Positions 54,573-64,000 of a stretch of DNA of 64,000 bases are shown here, in pieces. The stretch is from a bacterium (GTDB lineage Bacteria > Chloroflexota > Anaerolineae > Aggregatilineales > Phototrophicaceae): positions 6,534-70,533 of the forward strand of contig JANRKU010000016.1 of the NCBI GenBank assembly GCA_033763335.1, given 5' to 3'. The notes under the pieces were generated by a model. That model was not told where the DNA came from. It worked only from the letters and a program-made list of their open reading frames with translations, and made no database searches. The translations under genes were made by a program, and so were the position numbers. The first letter of the stretch is position 1, and each line of letters starts with the position of its first letter.

Positions 54573-57023
54573 TTACCCCCCTGCCCCATATAATGCCCGA
54601 TACATCGCATAATTATTATAAATCCGTTGAACATACGTCTGGGTGCTACTGATGGTGATAGCCGCCATAAACCTATCGGGGTCATCACCAGCGACTTCTA
54701 ACCACGCCATCCCACGCCCCGGTCCCGCGTTATAGGCACTCAATGACGCATACACATTGCCATCAAATAAATTCAATTGCTCAGATAAATAATATGCCCC
54801 AAATTCGATACCCGCATATGGGCGGAACAAATCGCTATGGTCATAATCGCGCCATCCAATTTGTTGGGCAATATATTCCCCAGTGGGCGGAATCACCTGT
54901 GTGAGTCCTTTTTCACCTGCGGCGGCTGTGGCGTATGTCTCGAAAAAACTTTCATGGCGGATGAGCGAAAACATCAGCAACGGGTCAAAATTATAGCGGT
55001 CTGCCACATTCACCACCACATCCCGATAATAAATCGGGAAGCGCAAACGTCCCAAATACGGAGGGGCATCTAACGTCCCCACCCCCGCCACGACAAATAC
55101 ATTGGCGGCGGCGAATATCGAAGGGCGATACGCCCCCAAAATACTCATATACACGGCTAGTTGATACGATGCCAGCGCGTTATCACTATAGCTCTCAATC
55201 ACCTCATCAAATTCGTCTTGTGCTTCATCCACAATGCCCAACGCCCATAATTCACGCCCCCGAACAATACGCGGGTCTTGCTCTAATTCGGGTGATAGCA
55301 CCCATAACGGGCTTGGCTGAATAATGCCAAAAGTCGCCCGTAGCCAATCTTCGGTCTCGGTGATGTCTGCCAGCGCGTCAAATTCAAAGACATATTGGGC
55401 GGGCGGGGTAAATGGAATCCGATTTGCCAAAATATCCCGCGCACGCGAGGCATAATAGGACGATGGTGCAAGGCTAATCACCTGATTAAATGCCGTTTGG
55501 GTTGTATTTTGGTCGCCCCGCAAAGATGCCAATCTGCCGACCTGTAAATAGGCATTGGCGCGTTCATCGGCGGTTGCGACAGGTGTGGTAGCGATTCGTG
55601 CATAGAGTGTTTCTGCGCCAAATGTATCGTTCACCGCCAAAAGTGCATCGGCGGCAATCTGTAGCCCACTAACGGCTTGCGTGCTATTGGGGAATGTATC
55701 GGCAAGGCGCAAGAAAATATCACGCGCTTCTACAGGGCGTTCTGTGGTGGCATATAAATAACCTGCCCGCCATAATGCCTCCGCCGCCGTCTGCTCCAAA
55801 TAGCCAAAATTTTGGGCAATGGCTAAATATTCGCTGATAGCACCCTCGACATCTTGTGCGACAAAACGGGTGCGTGCCTGCTCTAGCAACCCATTGCTAA
55901 ATAATTCATCGTTGGGATATTGCGTGGTGATGGTCTTAAATGCGATGATTGCCGCCTCAAAATTGCCGATAGCACGATACGATATACCTAAATAGAGGTG
56001 CAAATCGGCGGGAATATCGGCGAGTTGGGCTTCGGTGGTATAGGTATTAAAGGCAGTCACCGCGCCTTCATAATCTTCGTTAAAATAACTGACCAATCCG
56101 CGTTGATAATTATTCAACACTTGCCCATTTTGCAATAAAATTTGCATAGCACTATAGGCTTGTTCGGTATCGGGGTAATCATTAAACACTTGCGTCATGC
56201 GGATAGTGCCACGCGGTAAATCGCCAGCAGAGAGCAGTGCCTCTCCCGCCATATAAGTGATTTGAGCGCGATAGGCATCGTTTTGGGCAAATGCCAAAAT
56301 TTTATCATATTCTGCTACAGCCGATTCAACCTCACCACGCGCCAAATGCAACCGTGCCACCCGTTCATGCAATGAGGCTTGTGCCGATACATAGCGTGCG
56401 GTTTCGGCGGCACTTACATAACTGGCATAGGCATTATCGGTTTGCCCCAAATTCACTTGGGCATCGCCAATACGCTCATGCACATAGCTATCTATTAAAT
56501 TGGGGCGAATTTGCAAATATATCTGATAATCGTTGATGGCTTCTTGCCACCGTGAGAGTCCCATAAAGGCATCCCCACGCATAAAATAGGCTTGTGCGCC
56601 TCTAAAATCGTTGGGAAATTCGGTGATGAGGATGGTTAATGGGGATATGGCATAATCGAATAATCCTTCACGGAGCGCCGCACGCCCCATGCCATAGGCG
56701 GCTTCTGCGCGGATTTCTGGTGAAATTTCGCCACCCCGTTGGAGTAGCCCTTCATACGCATAGACGGCATTTTCAAAATAACCGTCTATCCAATAGCGAT
56801 TTGCCACCTGCAACGCGATATCGGGGGGCATATCGGGCGTGGGGGTGAGTTGTTGCCCTTGTACAGGAATCACAGCAAGCGATGGCGGGGTGTTGGTGAT
56901 AACCACATAGGTCACATTTTCGCCTTGTGATGGTGCGGGTGAACAAGCTACCAGCACAACGACAGATATAATCAACCACAGGCGTTTGAGCGTCTTTTGT
57001 TGGGAGAAATGTATGTTTTTCAT
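54573..57023 (-). CDS. lytic transglycosylase (SLT domain) with N-terminal TPR/superhelical region
   Basis: Signal/lipobox-like N-terminus LIISVVVLVAC. SLT catalytic region LIRHESFFETYATAAAGEKGLTQVIPPTG and YNAGPGR. Confidence 0.8.
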   Translation of the reverse strand: MKNIHFSQQKTLKRLWLIISVVVLVACSPAPSQGENVTYVVITNTPPSLAVIPVQGQQLTPTPDMPPDIALQVANRYWIDGYFENAVYAYEGLLQRGGEISPEIRAEAAYGMGRAALREGLFDYAISPLTILITEFPNDFRGAQAYFMRGDAFMGLSRWQEAINDYQIYLQIRPNLIDSYVHERIGDAQVNLGQTDNAYASYVSAAETARYVSAQASLHERVARLHLARGEVESAVAEYDKILAFAQNDAYRAQITYMAGEALLSAGDLPRGTIRMTQVFNDYPDTEQAYSAMQILLQNGQVLNNYQRGLVSYFNEDYEGAVTAFNTYTTEAQLADIPADLHLYLGISYRAIGNFEAAIIAFKTITTQYPNDELFSNGLLEQARTRFVAQDVEGAISEYLAIAQNFGYLEQTAAEALWRAGYLYATTERPVEARDIFLRLADTFPNSTQAVSGLQIAADALLAVNDTFGAETLYARIATTPVATADERANAYLQVGRLASLRGDQNTTQTAFNQVISLAPSSYYASRARDILANRIPFTPPAQYVFEFDALADITETEDWLRATFGIIQPSPLWVLSPELEQDPRIVRGRELWALGIVDEAQDEFDEVIESYSDNALASYQLAVYMSILGAYRPSIFAAANVFVVAGVGTLDAPPYLGRLRFPIYYRDVVVNVADRYNFDPLLMFSLIRHESFFETYATAAAGEKGLTQVIPPTGEYIAQQIGWRDYDHSDLFRPYAGIEFGAYYLSEQLNLFDGNVYASLSAYNAGPGRGMAWLEVAGDDPDRFMAAITISSTQTYVQRIYNNYAMYRALYGAGG

Positions 57024-57125
57024 ATACCGATTATTGACCAGAATAGGGAATTATCGCAAGTGGCTTATTGGGTGAGATACCTATGACCAGTAAAAAGTAC
57101 CATCCCAATAGCCACAAAAATCCCG

Positions 57126-58406
57126 TTATATCACCTTCCATAACAACGGCACGAGCATTTCCCAAGCCGATAACCCTGCATGAAGGCTAAAGACCTTATC
57201 CTCTGGGCGTGGAATATCAGCATGACGATAGGTGGGGCGTGGAATAGCGATTAAATCACCTATCCGATATTTTGCTTCTGGGTGATGATTGCCACGCCCA
57301 AATAATCCCGCTTCTAATGCTGTTTCCGATGAAATGAGGGCGATATTCTCTCCAAATAATGTTTTAGCCTGTCGAATAGCCGTGTCTCGTTGCCCATCCC
57401 GCAAATATAAATACGAAAAACGGACATCTCCGCCAAAAAACATGCGAAATGTATCAAAAAATGGGCGATTTTCGGGCGCATTGAATTGGATAAAATTCGG
57501 TGCATCCTGATGTCCGTGGTCTGCCACGAACATAAAGAGGGTGCGCCCATCGGCAATTTCGGGGTCGGTGACAATCTGATGCAATTGGCGCAATTGATGT
57601 TTGATTTCGGCTGATGTTTGTGGTGATATGGCATGATAAAAATGCGAGATTTGGTCTATGTTGTGATTATACATGCTCACATATGTTTTTTGTCCGCGTG
57701 TTTGGTGCAACAGATTACGAAATTGCCCCCACATATCATCAAAACCCAAATTTGGGGTGATGTGTTGCACACCTGTATGTAGTATTTTAGATAATCCACT
57801 ACCGATTAAATTGTATAACGCGCAAATATAGGTCGAGACCCCATTTTCTGCCAAGCGTTGCGCCAATGTCGGCACTTGGGTGAATTGAGTGGGGTCTATG
57901 CCCCATGTTTCCAGTATACCCGATGGCAAATCGCCCATTTTTGGCTTGAAATGCAGGATATTGCAGTGCATCGCCAATTCGCGTAAAAATAACACCGTAC
58001 CCATCACGCCGTGCTGGGCAGGTGGGACACCCGTCCAGAGCGTGTTCAATGCCGCAACCGTGGTGGAAGGTGTTGTGGATGTGAGTGGCATTGCACCACG
58101 TCCATCGGTGAGGTGATGTACCAATTCTGCGACTTCTGGGTCATGTTCAATCAAGTGTTGCAGGCGCAAATACCCCAATCCATCCGAGATATATAACACC
58201 ACACGGTCAACATGGGTGGGGATGCCCAACATGGGGTGTAATGGGGTGGGATAATCTGCCCCCAAAATATGCCCAATGGTCTGTGCAAGATTGGCAATCG
58301 AAAATCCATCATAGGCGGGATAGATGAGTTCATCTTCCCATGAAACATCTAATGAAAATGGGCGATTGGCACGATAACGGGTCAATAATTCCTGTGCTAA
58401 GGTCAT
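57126..58406 (-). CDS. alkaline-phosphatase-superfamily protein (type I phosphodiesterase / PglZ-like)
   Basis: Motifs YISDGLGY, TSTTPSTTVAALNTLWTG and FVADHGH. I prefer the ATG at 58406 (MTLAQELL). Confidence 0.7.
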   Translation of the reverse strand: MTLAQELLTRYRANRPFSLDVSWEDELIYPAYDGFSIANLAQTIGHILGADYPTPLHPMLGIPTHVDRVVLYISDGLGYLRLQHLIEHDPEVAELVHHLTDGRGAMPLTSTTPSTTVAALNTLWTGVPPAQHGVMGTVLFLRELAMHCNILHFKPKMGDLPSGILETWGIDPTQFTQVPTLAQRLAENGVSTYICALYNLIGSGLSKILHTGVQHITPNLGFDDMWGQFRNLLHQTRGQKTYVSMYNHNIDQISHFYHAISPQTSAEIKHQLRQLHQIVTDPEIADGRTLFMFVADHGHQDAPNFIQFNAPENRPFFDTFRMFFGGDVRFSYLYLRDGQRDTAIRQAKTLFGENIALISSETALEAGLFGRGNHHPEAKYRIGDLIAIPRPTYRHADIPRPEDKVFSLHAGLSAWEMLVPLLWKVI

Positions 58407-58523
58407 GTATAGCCTTTCGGATAACCGGCAACGACACCTTTTATACACCGAAAAAGCCGTTTATGCACCAGTAGATGAGGCGTTTTATGTTATGATTAGG
58501 TAAAATAAGTGAGGAGCAAAATC

Positions 58524-58811
58524 ATGTCTACACCAACCATCACAACTAAAACCTTGACCGTTCAAATTACCCTTTCCAAAAAATTGGCACGCATTATCAC
58601 TCAAGAGGCAAAGGATAAAAATGTCTCTGTGGATGACCTCATCAGCCAATATCTGGAAGCCTATTACGAGCCAGAATATGAAGATACACCTGATGAGCAA
58701 ATTTTAGCCGATGTGCGCGAGGGATTCCGTGACATTAAAAAAGGGAACTATCGCCCTGCACGCGAATTTTTAGAAGAATTAAAGCGAATGGATGAGGAGA
58801 TAATTAAGTAA
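58524..58811 (+). CDS. small RHH-like protein (orphan antitoxin-like), 95 aa
   Basis: The ATG at 58524 lies 7 nt after GAGGAG. A beta-alpha-alpha pattern is visible ([37 protein letters not shown]), followed by an acidic C-terminal region. Confidence 0.4.
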   Translation: MSTPTITTKTLTVQITLSKKLARIITQEAKDKNVSVDDLISQYLEAYYEPEYEDTPDEQILADVREGFRDIKKGNYRPAREFLEELKRMDEEIIK

Positions 58812-60846
58812 GCATCCCCCGCAACTCATCCACACTGTTCACTGGCAATTTACAGGTCATTTCTCGGCATACATACACCGTTGGCAACGCCCCTTTTAAT
58901 CCGCGCCCATGCAATAACGGAATTTTCCCCTCATCCCCAACCGCCACAGGCGACAGGGCTAAAATCGCGTTGGGGCGATATTTACCGTTAATTTCTGCCA
59001 AAAGTGCCTTTGTCGCATCAGCTTTGGGGTCGCCAATGATGGCAATTTCATCTATTCCGCGCACCAACATATCTACAGCATTGAGCGCCTCGCCAAATCC
59101 GTGCGGATATTGCCCTAACGCATTGGTCAACAAACGCAATGCTCCCACGGCTATTTGCTGATATTTCGCCTCGCCCGTATAGGCATATAAACGGAGCAAT
59201 TGCTTCGCCATCATATTATTGCCACTGGGGACGGCGTTATCTTGTACCGTGCGCGGACGAACAATCAATGCTTCATGGTCATCGCTGGTATCAAAAAAGC
59301 CACCATCGGGTGTCATGAAGTGATTTAATACCCGTTCTGCCAATCCAACCGCACGGACAAACCACTTTTCATCCCATGTGAGCTGATATACCTCTAAAAA
59401 GGCATCAATCGTATTGGCATAATCTTCGAGATAGCCATTCAGTTTGCTCACACCGTCTTTATGACTGCGATAGAGCCGATAATCCGCCGTGAGTAATTGC
59501 TCCGCCATAAAATCGGCACAGCGCAACGCCGCTTGTGCATAATCAATACGATTCAACACACGGGCGGCTTCTGCGAGGCTGGCGAGTGCCATGCCATTCC
59601 ATCCCGCGAGGATTTTATCATCTAATCCGGGGGGTATCCGTTGCAGGCGGGTCGTATACAATTTGTCTTTGATGAGCGCAAGCCGTTCTGTGAGTATTTC
59701 TGATGATATGCCCAAGCGTTCCGCCGATATATCAGACGGATTGGGCAAGGTGAGGATATTATGCCCCTCAAAATTGCCACTTTTGGTCACACCAAACACC
59801 TCAATGGCGGTATCATATAGCGGGTCTGGGAGCAAATCGCGCAATTCTGCCACGCTCCACACAAAAAATTTGCCCTCTTCGCCTTCACTATCGGCATCTG
59901 TGGCGCTATAAAATCCGCCACTCGGCGCAGTCATCTCCCGCAACAGATAATCATACGTCTCGGTGGCAATCCGCAACAAAAACGGGTCGCCTGTGACTTG
60001 CCATGCGTGCAAATAGAGACGGCTCAATTGGGCGTTGTCATAGAGCATTTTCTCAAAATGAGGCACAAGCCATAGCGCATCCACACTATAGCGGGCAAAC
60101 CCGCCCCCAATTTGGTCATATATGCCCCCGCGCCCCATATTGATGAGCGTATTTGTGACCATTTCTAGGGTTTGCTTATCACCCGTATGTACGGATTGCC
60201 GAAGCAGATATTCCCACGCCATCGGTTGGGGGAATTTTGGCGCACCAGAAAATCCGCCATACATGGGGTCATAATCACGGGCGAGGCTTTGAACTGCTTG
60301 GGTGAGCAAGGTGGTATTGAGTGCATCGGCATCACCACCAATCCCCAAAATACTACGGTTGAGTGCTTCGGTGAGGTTGCCCGCCATTTGGCTCACTTCA
60401 TCGCGCCGATTGATAAACGCATCATGCACACCACTCAACACATCGCGGAAAGCAGGCATCCCATGTCGGCGTTCCAACGGGAAATATGTCCCGCCATAAA
60501 ATGGGCGACCATCTGGCATCAAAAACACGGTCATGGGCCATCCACCTCGCCCTGTCATGGCTTGCACTGCTTCCATGTAGATGGCATCCACATCGGGGCG
60601 TTCTTCGCGGTCTACTTTGATATTGATAAACCACTCATTCATCAATTTGGCGGTTTCGTCGTGTTCAAAACTTTCATGCGCCATGACATGACACCAATGA
60701 CAGGCGCTATAACCCACACTGAGCAAAATGGGCTTATCATGTGTTTTTGCGAGTCCTAATGCTTCATCGCCCCACGGATACCACTCTACAGGGTTATCTT
60801 TGTGTTGCAACAAATAGGGGCTGGTTTCATATTGGAGTTTATTCAT
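58804..60846 (-). CDS. thioredoxin-domain protein YyaL/DUF255 family
   Basis: N-terminus [20 protein letters not shown]...[19 protein letters not shown], then a long alpha/alpha-toroid-like C-terminus. Confidence 0.88.
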   Translation of the reverse strand: MNKLQYETSPYLLQHKDNPVEWYPWGDEALGLAKTHDKPILLSVGYSACHWCHVMAHESFEHDETAKLMNEWFINIKVDREERPDVDAIYMEAVQAMTGRGGWPMTVFLMPDGRPFYGGTYFPLERRHGMPAFRDVLSGVHDAFINRRDEVSQMAGNLTEALNRSILGIGGDADALNTTLLTQAVQSLARDYDPMYGGFSGAPKFPQPMAWEYLLRQSVHTGDKQTLEMVTNTLINMGRGGIYDQIGGGFARYSVDALWLVPHFEKMLYDNAQLSRLYLHAWQVTGDPFLLRIATETYDYLLREMTAPSGGFYSATDADSEGEEGKFFVWSVAELRDLLPDPLYDTAIEVFGVTKSGNFEGHNILTLPNPSDISAERLGISSEILTERLALIKDKLYTTRLQRIPPGLDDKILAGWNGMALASLAEAARVLNRIDYAQAALRCADFMAEQLLTADYRLYRSHKDGVSKLNGYLEDYANTIDAFLEVYQLTWDEKWFVRAVGLAERVLNHFMTPDGGFFDTSDDHEALIVRPRTVQDNAVPSGNNMMAKQLLRLYAYTGEAKYQQIAVGALRLLTNALGQYPHGFGEALNAVDMLVRGIDEIAIIGDPKADATKALLAEINGKYRPNAILALSPVAVGDEGKIPLLHGRGLKGALPTVYVCREMTCKLPVNSVDELRGMLT

Positions 60847-60951
60847 CTATTTTCACCATTTTTAAGATTAAAGATTAAAACAGGAGGCAACAATTATGCC
60901 CCATAAATGGGGTTAAGAGACCAATTTTTTAGGGGACAAAATGAGTGTATC

Positions 60952-60979
60952 GTAAGGGCTTGCCATGGCAAGCCCTTTA
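60952..60979. repeat. REP-like palindrome, family 1
   Basis: GTAAGGGCTTGCCATGGCAAGCCCTTTA, 22 nt 3' of the stop at 61002. Confidence 0.75.
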
Positions 60980-61001
60980 GCTTCGATGGATTTTTATATT
61001 A

Positions 61002-61742
61002 TCACCACAAATCGAGAACGGAATTGTCTTCAGACGGTGGCAACGGTGGTTCTTCGTTCCAAAATTCTTCGAGCCATTCGACAAGGTTGATGGTCACTTC
61101 TGGAATCAGGCGCACAGCCGCCTCATAATGCCGTGTCGAAAATGCGAATAGGCTGGTATAGTATCGCTTCGATACGCTGATGATATAATCTTCTTCCCAG
61201 CGTTTTGGACCCCATAAAAATGCGACACCGCCTTTTTCGCGCTTCATCAATGTCACCCATCGCGCCCTATCCACATTATTCAAACTCCGAAGGCTAAAGC
61301 GCAAACTGAGCATGGAATTGGTGATAAACGACAATTGCACCATACGCGAAATTTTATCGGCATCAAAAATAACACCCGCCGAATTATCTTGGGTAGATAG
61401 CATAGCAACACCACGAGGCATTTTTGTCCCCGCGATGCGCGTCTTGATGGTAGACATCACAGGCAACGATGGAAAGCGTCCACTGAGTTCTTCATCGAGC
61501 TTAATATCACCCTGAAAAAATTGTTGCAAGAGCCATGGGGGTTCAAGTTCTGCCCCAGCGATAACTTTTGCCTCTTGGGTAGATAAGCCATCGGCTTTGG
61601 TCTGCTCTAGGGCTTGAATCATCTTACCAACTAACCCACGCGCCTCGCTGATAGTCGTGGGCGATGTGGTTGTTGATTCTTCTAATGCCCGCATAATGGC
61701 ATTTTCACTATCATTTGGTTGGTTTGGGTTTTGGTTTGCCAT
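61002..61742 (-). CDS. hypothetical protein, 246 aa
   Basis: Clean ORF with no motif I recognise. The C-terminus is acidic and proline-rich (EEPPLPPSEDNSVLDLW). It is divergent from ftsH. Confidence 0.5.
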   Translation of the reverse strand: MANQNPNQPNDSENAIMRALEESTTTSPTTISEARGLVGKMIQALEQTKADGLSTQEAKVIAGAELEPPWLLQQFFQGDIKLDEELSGRFPSLPVMSTIKTRIAGTKMPRGVAMLSTQDNSAGVIFDADKISRMVQLSFITNSMLSLRFSLRSLNNVDRARWVTLMKREKGGVAFLWGPKRWEEDYIISVSKRYYTSLFAFSTRHYEAAVRLIPEVTINLVEWLEEFWNEEPPLPPSEDNSVLDLW

Positions 61743-61768
61743 TCTAATTATCCCTTAACAAGCGTAGA

Positions 61769-61780
61769 CTATAATTATAG
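61769..61780. promoter_or_regulatory. 12-bp perfect palindrome CTATAATTATAG carrying TATAAT on both strands
   Basis: It lies in the divergent intergenic region between the 61002 gene and ftsH. TATAAT is at 61770-61775 on the plus strand and at 61779-61774 on the minus strand. For the minus strand a TTGTTT lies 16 nt upstream. Confidence 0.3.
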
Positions 61781-61910
61781 TGTGAGTTGCCATAAAAACA
61801 AAATTTTTGTGAGGGCAATCTCATCTAACCATGAGGCGTTTCTTGTATGCTTCTAATAGTCCACCTTTATACTGATGAGAATACTCGCTAACTGAGAAGG
61901 TATCAAAAAG

Positions 61911-63938
61911 ATGCAGTTTCCAAATAACAATAATAAACCACGCAAGGATGACGACCCGCAGTCTGATAATCCACCCCCGCCCCAACAAGATTGGCGCAAG
62001 TGGCTTTGGCCCGCCTTAATCATTTTTGGCTTGACTTGGGTCTTTTTGATAATGATGGGTGGCACCCCAACTGCTGGTGGTGGCACAACGGTTGATTATT
62101 CAGTAATCCTTGACCAAGCGAAAAACAATAACATTCAAAAAATCACCTTTCGCGGGGGAGAAGCCTTTGGGTCTTTTATTAGCCCCATCCGTACTAGCAG
62201 TGGGCAACCTGTTACCAATTTTACAGTCGTTGTTCCAACAGCAACCGCACAAGAACAACTCCTCATCCCCCTTAATGAGGCGGGCGGCGCAACGATTGAT
62301 TTCGATGGTAATGATACCTCTAACCTATTGGTAATCTTCCTCAACCTCGCCCCATTATTGCTCATCATCGGCTTTTTGATATGGACGGCACGCCGCGCCC
62401 AACGTCAAATGGGAAGTGCGATGGGTTTTGGTCGCACACAAGCCCGTGAATACACAGTAGAACGTCCACAAGTCACATTTAACGATGTGGCAGGACAAGA
62501 TGCCGCCAAAGTCGAATTGACCGAGATTGTAGATTTCCTAAAAGAACCAGAAAAATATATCGCGTTGGGCGCACGGATTCCGCGCGGTGTATTGCTCATC
62601 GGACCTCCAGGGACGGGTAAGACCCTCTTGGCGCGTGCTGTTGCTGGTGAAGCCCATGTATCATTCTTTAGTATCGCCGCTTCTGAATTTGTAGAAATGT
62701 TCGTTGGTGTGGGTGCGTCTCGTGTGCGTGATTTATTCAAACGCGCCCGTGATAACGCCCCTAGCATCGTATTCATAGACGAAATTGATGCGGTTGGTCG
62801 CCAACGTGGTGCTGGCTTGGGTGGTGGGCATGATGAACGTGAGCAAACCCTCAACCAAATGCTGGCAGAAATGGATGGCTTTGACCAAACCGAGAGCGTC
62901 ATCATTATGGCGGCGACCAATCGCCACGATGTATTAGACCCTGCCCTATTGCGTCCGGGACGCTTTGACCGTCAAGTAACGGTTGGCTTGCCCGATAGAA
63001 AAGGTCGTCTGGAAATTTTGAAGATTCACACACGCGGAAAACCGCTCGATTCCAATGTGAATTTAGAAGATTTAGCACGCGGTACAATCGGATTTTCTGG
63101 CGCGGATTTATCGAATCTGAGCAACGAAGCCGCCCTCAATGCCGCCCGTCGCAACGCCAAACGCATCTCCATGCGCGACTTTTCTAACGCCTTTGACCGC
63201 ATTGTATTGGGTACAGAAAGCCCGCCGTTATCTGACCCCAATGAACGCAAAGTGGTTGCCTATCACGAAGCGGGTCATGCGGTGGTCTCGGCATTGTTGC
63301 CCAACAGTGACCCTGTGTTAAAAGTGACGATTGTCCCACGCGGGCAAGCATTGGGTGTGACGGCATACATGCCCGAATCTGACCGCAGAAATTACTCGCG
63401 TGCCTATCTGTATACCAAAATCATGACCTTGCTCGGTGGACGCGCCGCCGAAGAAATCGTCATCAAAGAAGTGACCACAGGGGCAGAAAATGACCTGCGC
63501 CGTGCCACCGACCTCGCTCGGCGGATGGTCTCCCAATTTGGCATGAGTGAAAGTTTTGGTCTGCTCAATTTTGGTGATGATGAACGGCAACCGTTCTTAG
63601 GCTATGCCCTCTCACAAGGCAAGAGTTATAGCGAAGAAACCGCCTCAGAAATTGATGCCGAAGTGCGCCGTGTGATTAAACAAGCCCATGAGCAAACGAT
63701 TGCCTTGCTCACCGAAAATAAAGACAAACTCATTGCCCTCGCAGAAGCCCTTTTGGTTCAAGAAATTATTGAACAAGAAGAAATGTTGCGAATTTTGGAC
63801 ATGGACACAGACCCACGCTTCGGCAAAAACGGCAATGCCCATTTCTCATTGGGGAAAATACCAAAAACCGATGATGTTTCAGAAACACCATCAGCCCAAA
63901 CACCTCCCCCAACCGTCACAGAAGCAGATGCTTCTTAG
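61911..63938 (+). CDS. ftsH: ATP-dependent zinc metalloprotease FtsH
   Basis: Two TM helices, Walker A GPPGTGKT, Walker [10 protein letters not shown], an SRH region, and the zinc site HEAGHAV. Confidence 0.97.
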   Translation: MQFPNNNNKPRKDDDPQSDNPPPPQQDWRKWLWPALIIFGLTWVFLIMMGGTPTAGGGTTVDYSVILDQAKNNNIQKITFRGGEAFGSFISPIRTSSGQPVTNFTVVVPTATAQEQLLIPLNEAGGATIDFDGNDTSNLLVIFLNLAPLLLIIGFLIWTARRAQRQMGSAMGFGRTQAREYTVERPQVTFNDVAGQDAAKVELTEIVDFLKEPEKYIALGARIPRGVLLIGPPGTGKTLLARAVAGEAHVSFFSIAASEFVEMFVGVGASRVRDLFKRARDNAPSIVFIDEIDAVGRQRGAGLGGGHDEREQTLNQMLAEMDGFDQTESVIIMAATNRHDVLDPALLRPGRFDRQVTVGLPDRKGRLEILKIHTRGKPLDSNVNLEDLARGTIGFSGADLSNLSNEAALNAARRNAKRISMRDFSNAFDRIVLGTESPPLSDPNERKVVAYHEAGHAVVSALLPNSDPVLKVTIVPRGQALGVTAYMPESDRRNYSRAYLYTKIMTLLGGRAAEEIVIKEVTTGAENDLRRATDLARRMVSQFGMSESFGLLNFGDDERQPFLGYALSQGKSYSEETASEIDAEVRRVIKQAHEQTIALLTENKDKLIALAEALLVQEIIEQEEMLRILDMDTDPRFGKNGNAHFSLGKIPKTDDVSETPSAQTPPPTVTEADAS

Positions 63939-63969
63939 ATAACAACTTAACGATAAAATCGCTCTTTGA

Positions 63970-64000
63970 CCTCACCCCCCTGCCCCCTCTCCAAATTGGA
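63970..64000. repeat. ~105-nt nested-hairpin element, copy D (cut by the window end)
   Basis: CCTCACCCCCCTGCCCCCTCTCCAAATTGGA matches the first 31 nt of copy A at 30 positions. It begins 31 nt 3' of the ftsH stop. Confidence 0.75.

Noticed and set aside
57126-58406. The alkaline-phosphatase/PglZ-like protein considered as a BREX component.
   Set aside because: No PglX methyltransferase, BrxC ATPase or BrxL is nearby. The neighbours are a lytic transglycosylase and a small RHH-like gene. A stand-alone AP-superfamily enzyme is more likely.
1-64000. A search by eye for tRNA, rRNA, riboswitch or group II intron signatures in the larger intergenic gaps (6291-6597, 18021-18193, 19898-20082, 27511-27781, 34025-34420, 53893-54121).
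   Set aside because: I recognised no cloverleaf-compatible sequence and no conserved riboswitch core. This is a manual scan only; tRNAscan-SE and Infernal would be decisive.

Overview
Gene-dense chromosomal segment with about 45 CDS. I saw no rRNA, tRNA, CRISPR array, intact IS element or prophage. All calls come from motif recognition in the supplied translations and from reading the DNA; no similarity search was run. The gene content (four Uma2/DUF820 nuclease genes, a GH57 branching enzyme, AddAB, many Ser/Thr-kinase and two-component genes, SH3b/CARDB lipoproteins) suggests a Chloroflexota-like filamentous bacterium, at low confidence.

Housekeeping content:
- argF-TPR-cdaA-cdaR
- polA, miaB, mgsA, ftsH
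- a glycogen cluster (glgP, stand-alone CBM48, glgC, glgA, GH57 branching enzyme)
- SDR-addB-addA-membrane protein
- a TetR/MBL pair next to an ABC-2 exporter
- cell-wall enzymes (M23 peptidase, SLT transglycosylase, triple-parvulin PPIase)

Most unusual observations:
1. A 707-aa protein fuses a phosphorylation-dead receiver, a Roadblock-like module and a catalytically dead IS200/IS605 (Y1-HUH) transposase fold. It lies directly downstream of a Ser/Thr kinase whose ectodomain is three SH3b repeats.
2. A same-strand block reads Uma2 - sensor-kinase paralog with phospho-His replaced by Gln - Uma2 - Uma2, with a 105-bp gene-conversion tract between the tandem copies.
3. A ~105-nt nested-hairpin intergenic element occurs in 4 copies, always just 3' of genes, with stem-preserving substitutions.
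4. At least two families of 28-nt REP-like palindromes share GTAAGGGC...GCCCTTAC arms.
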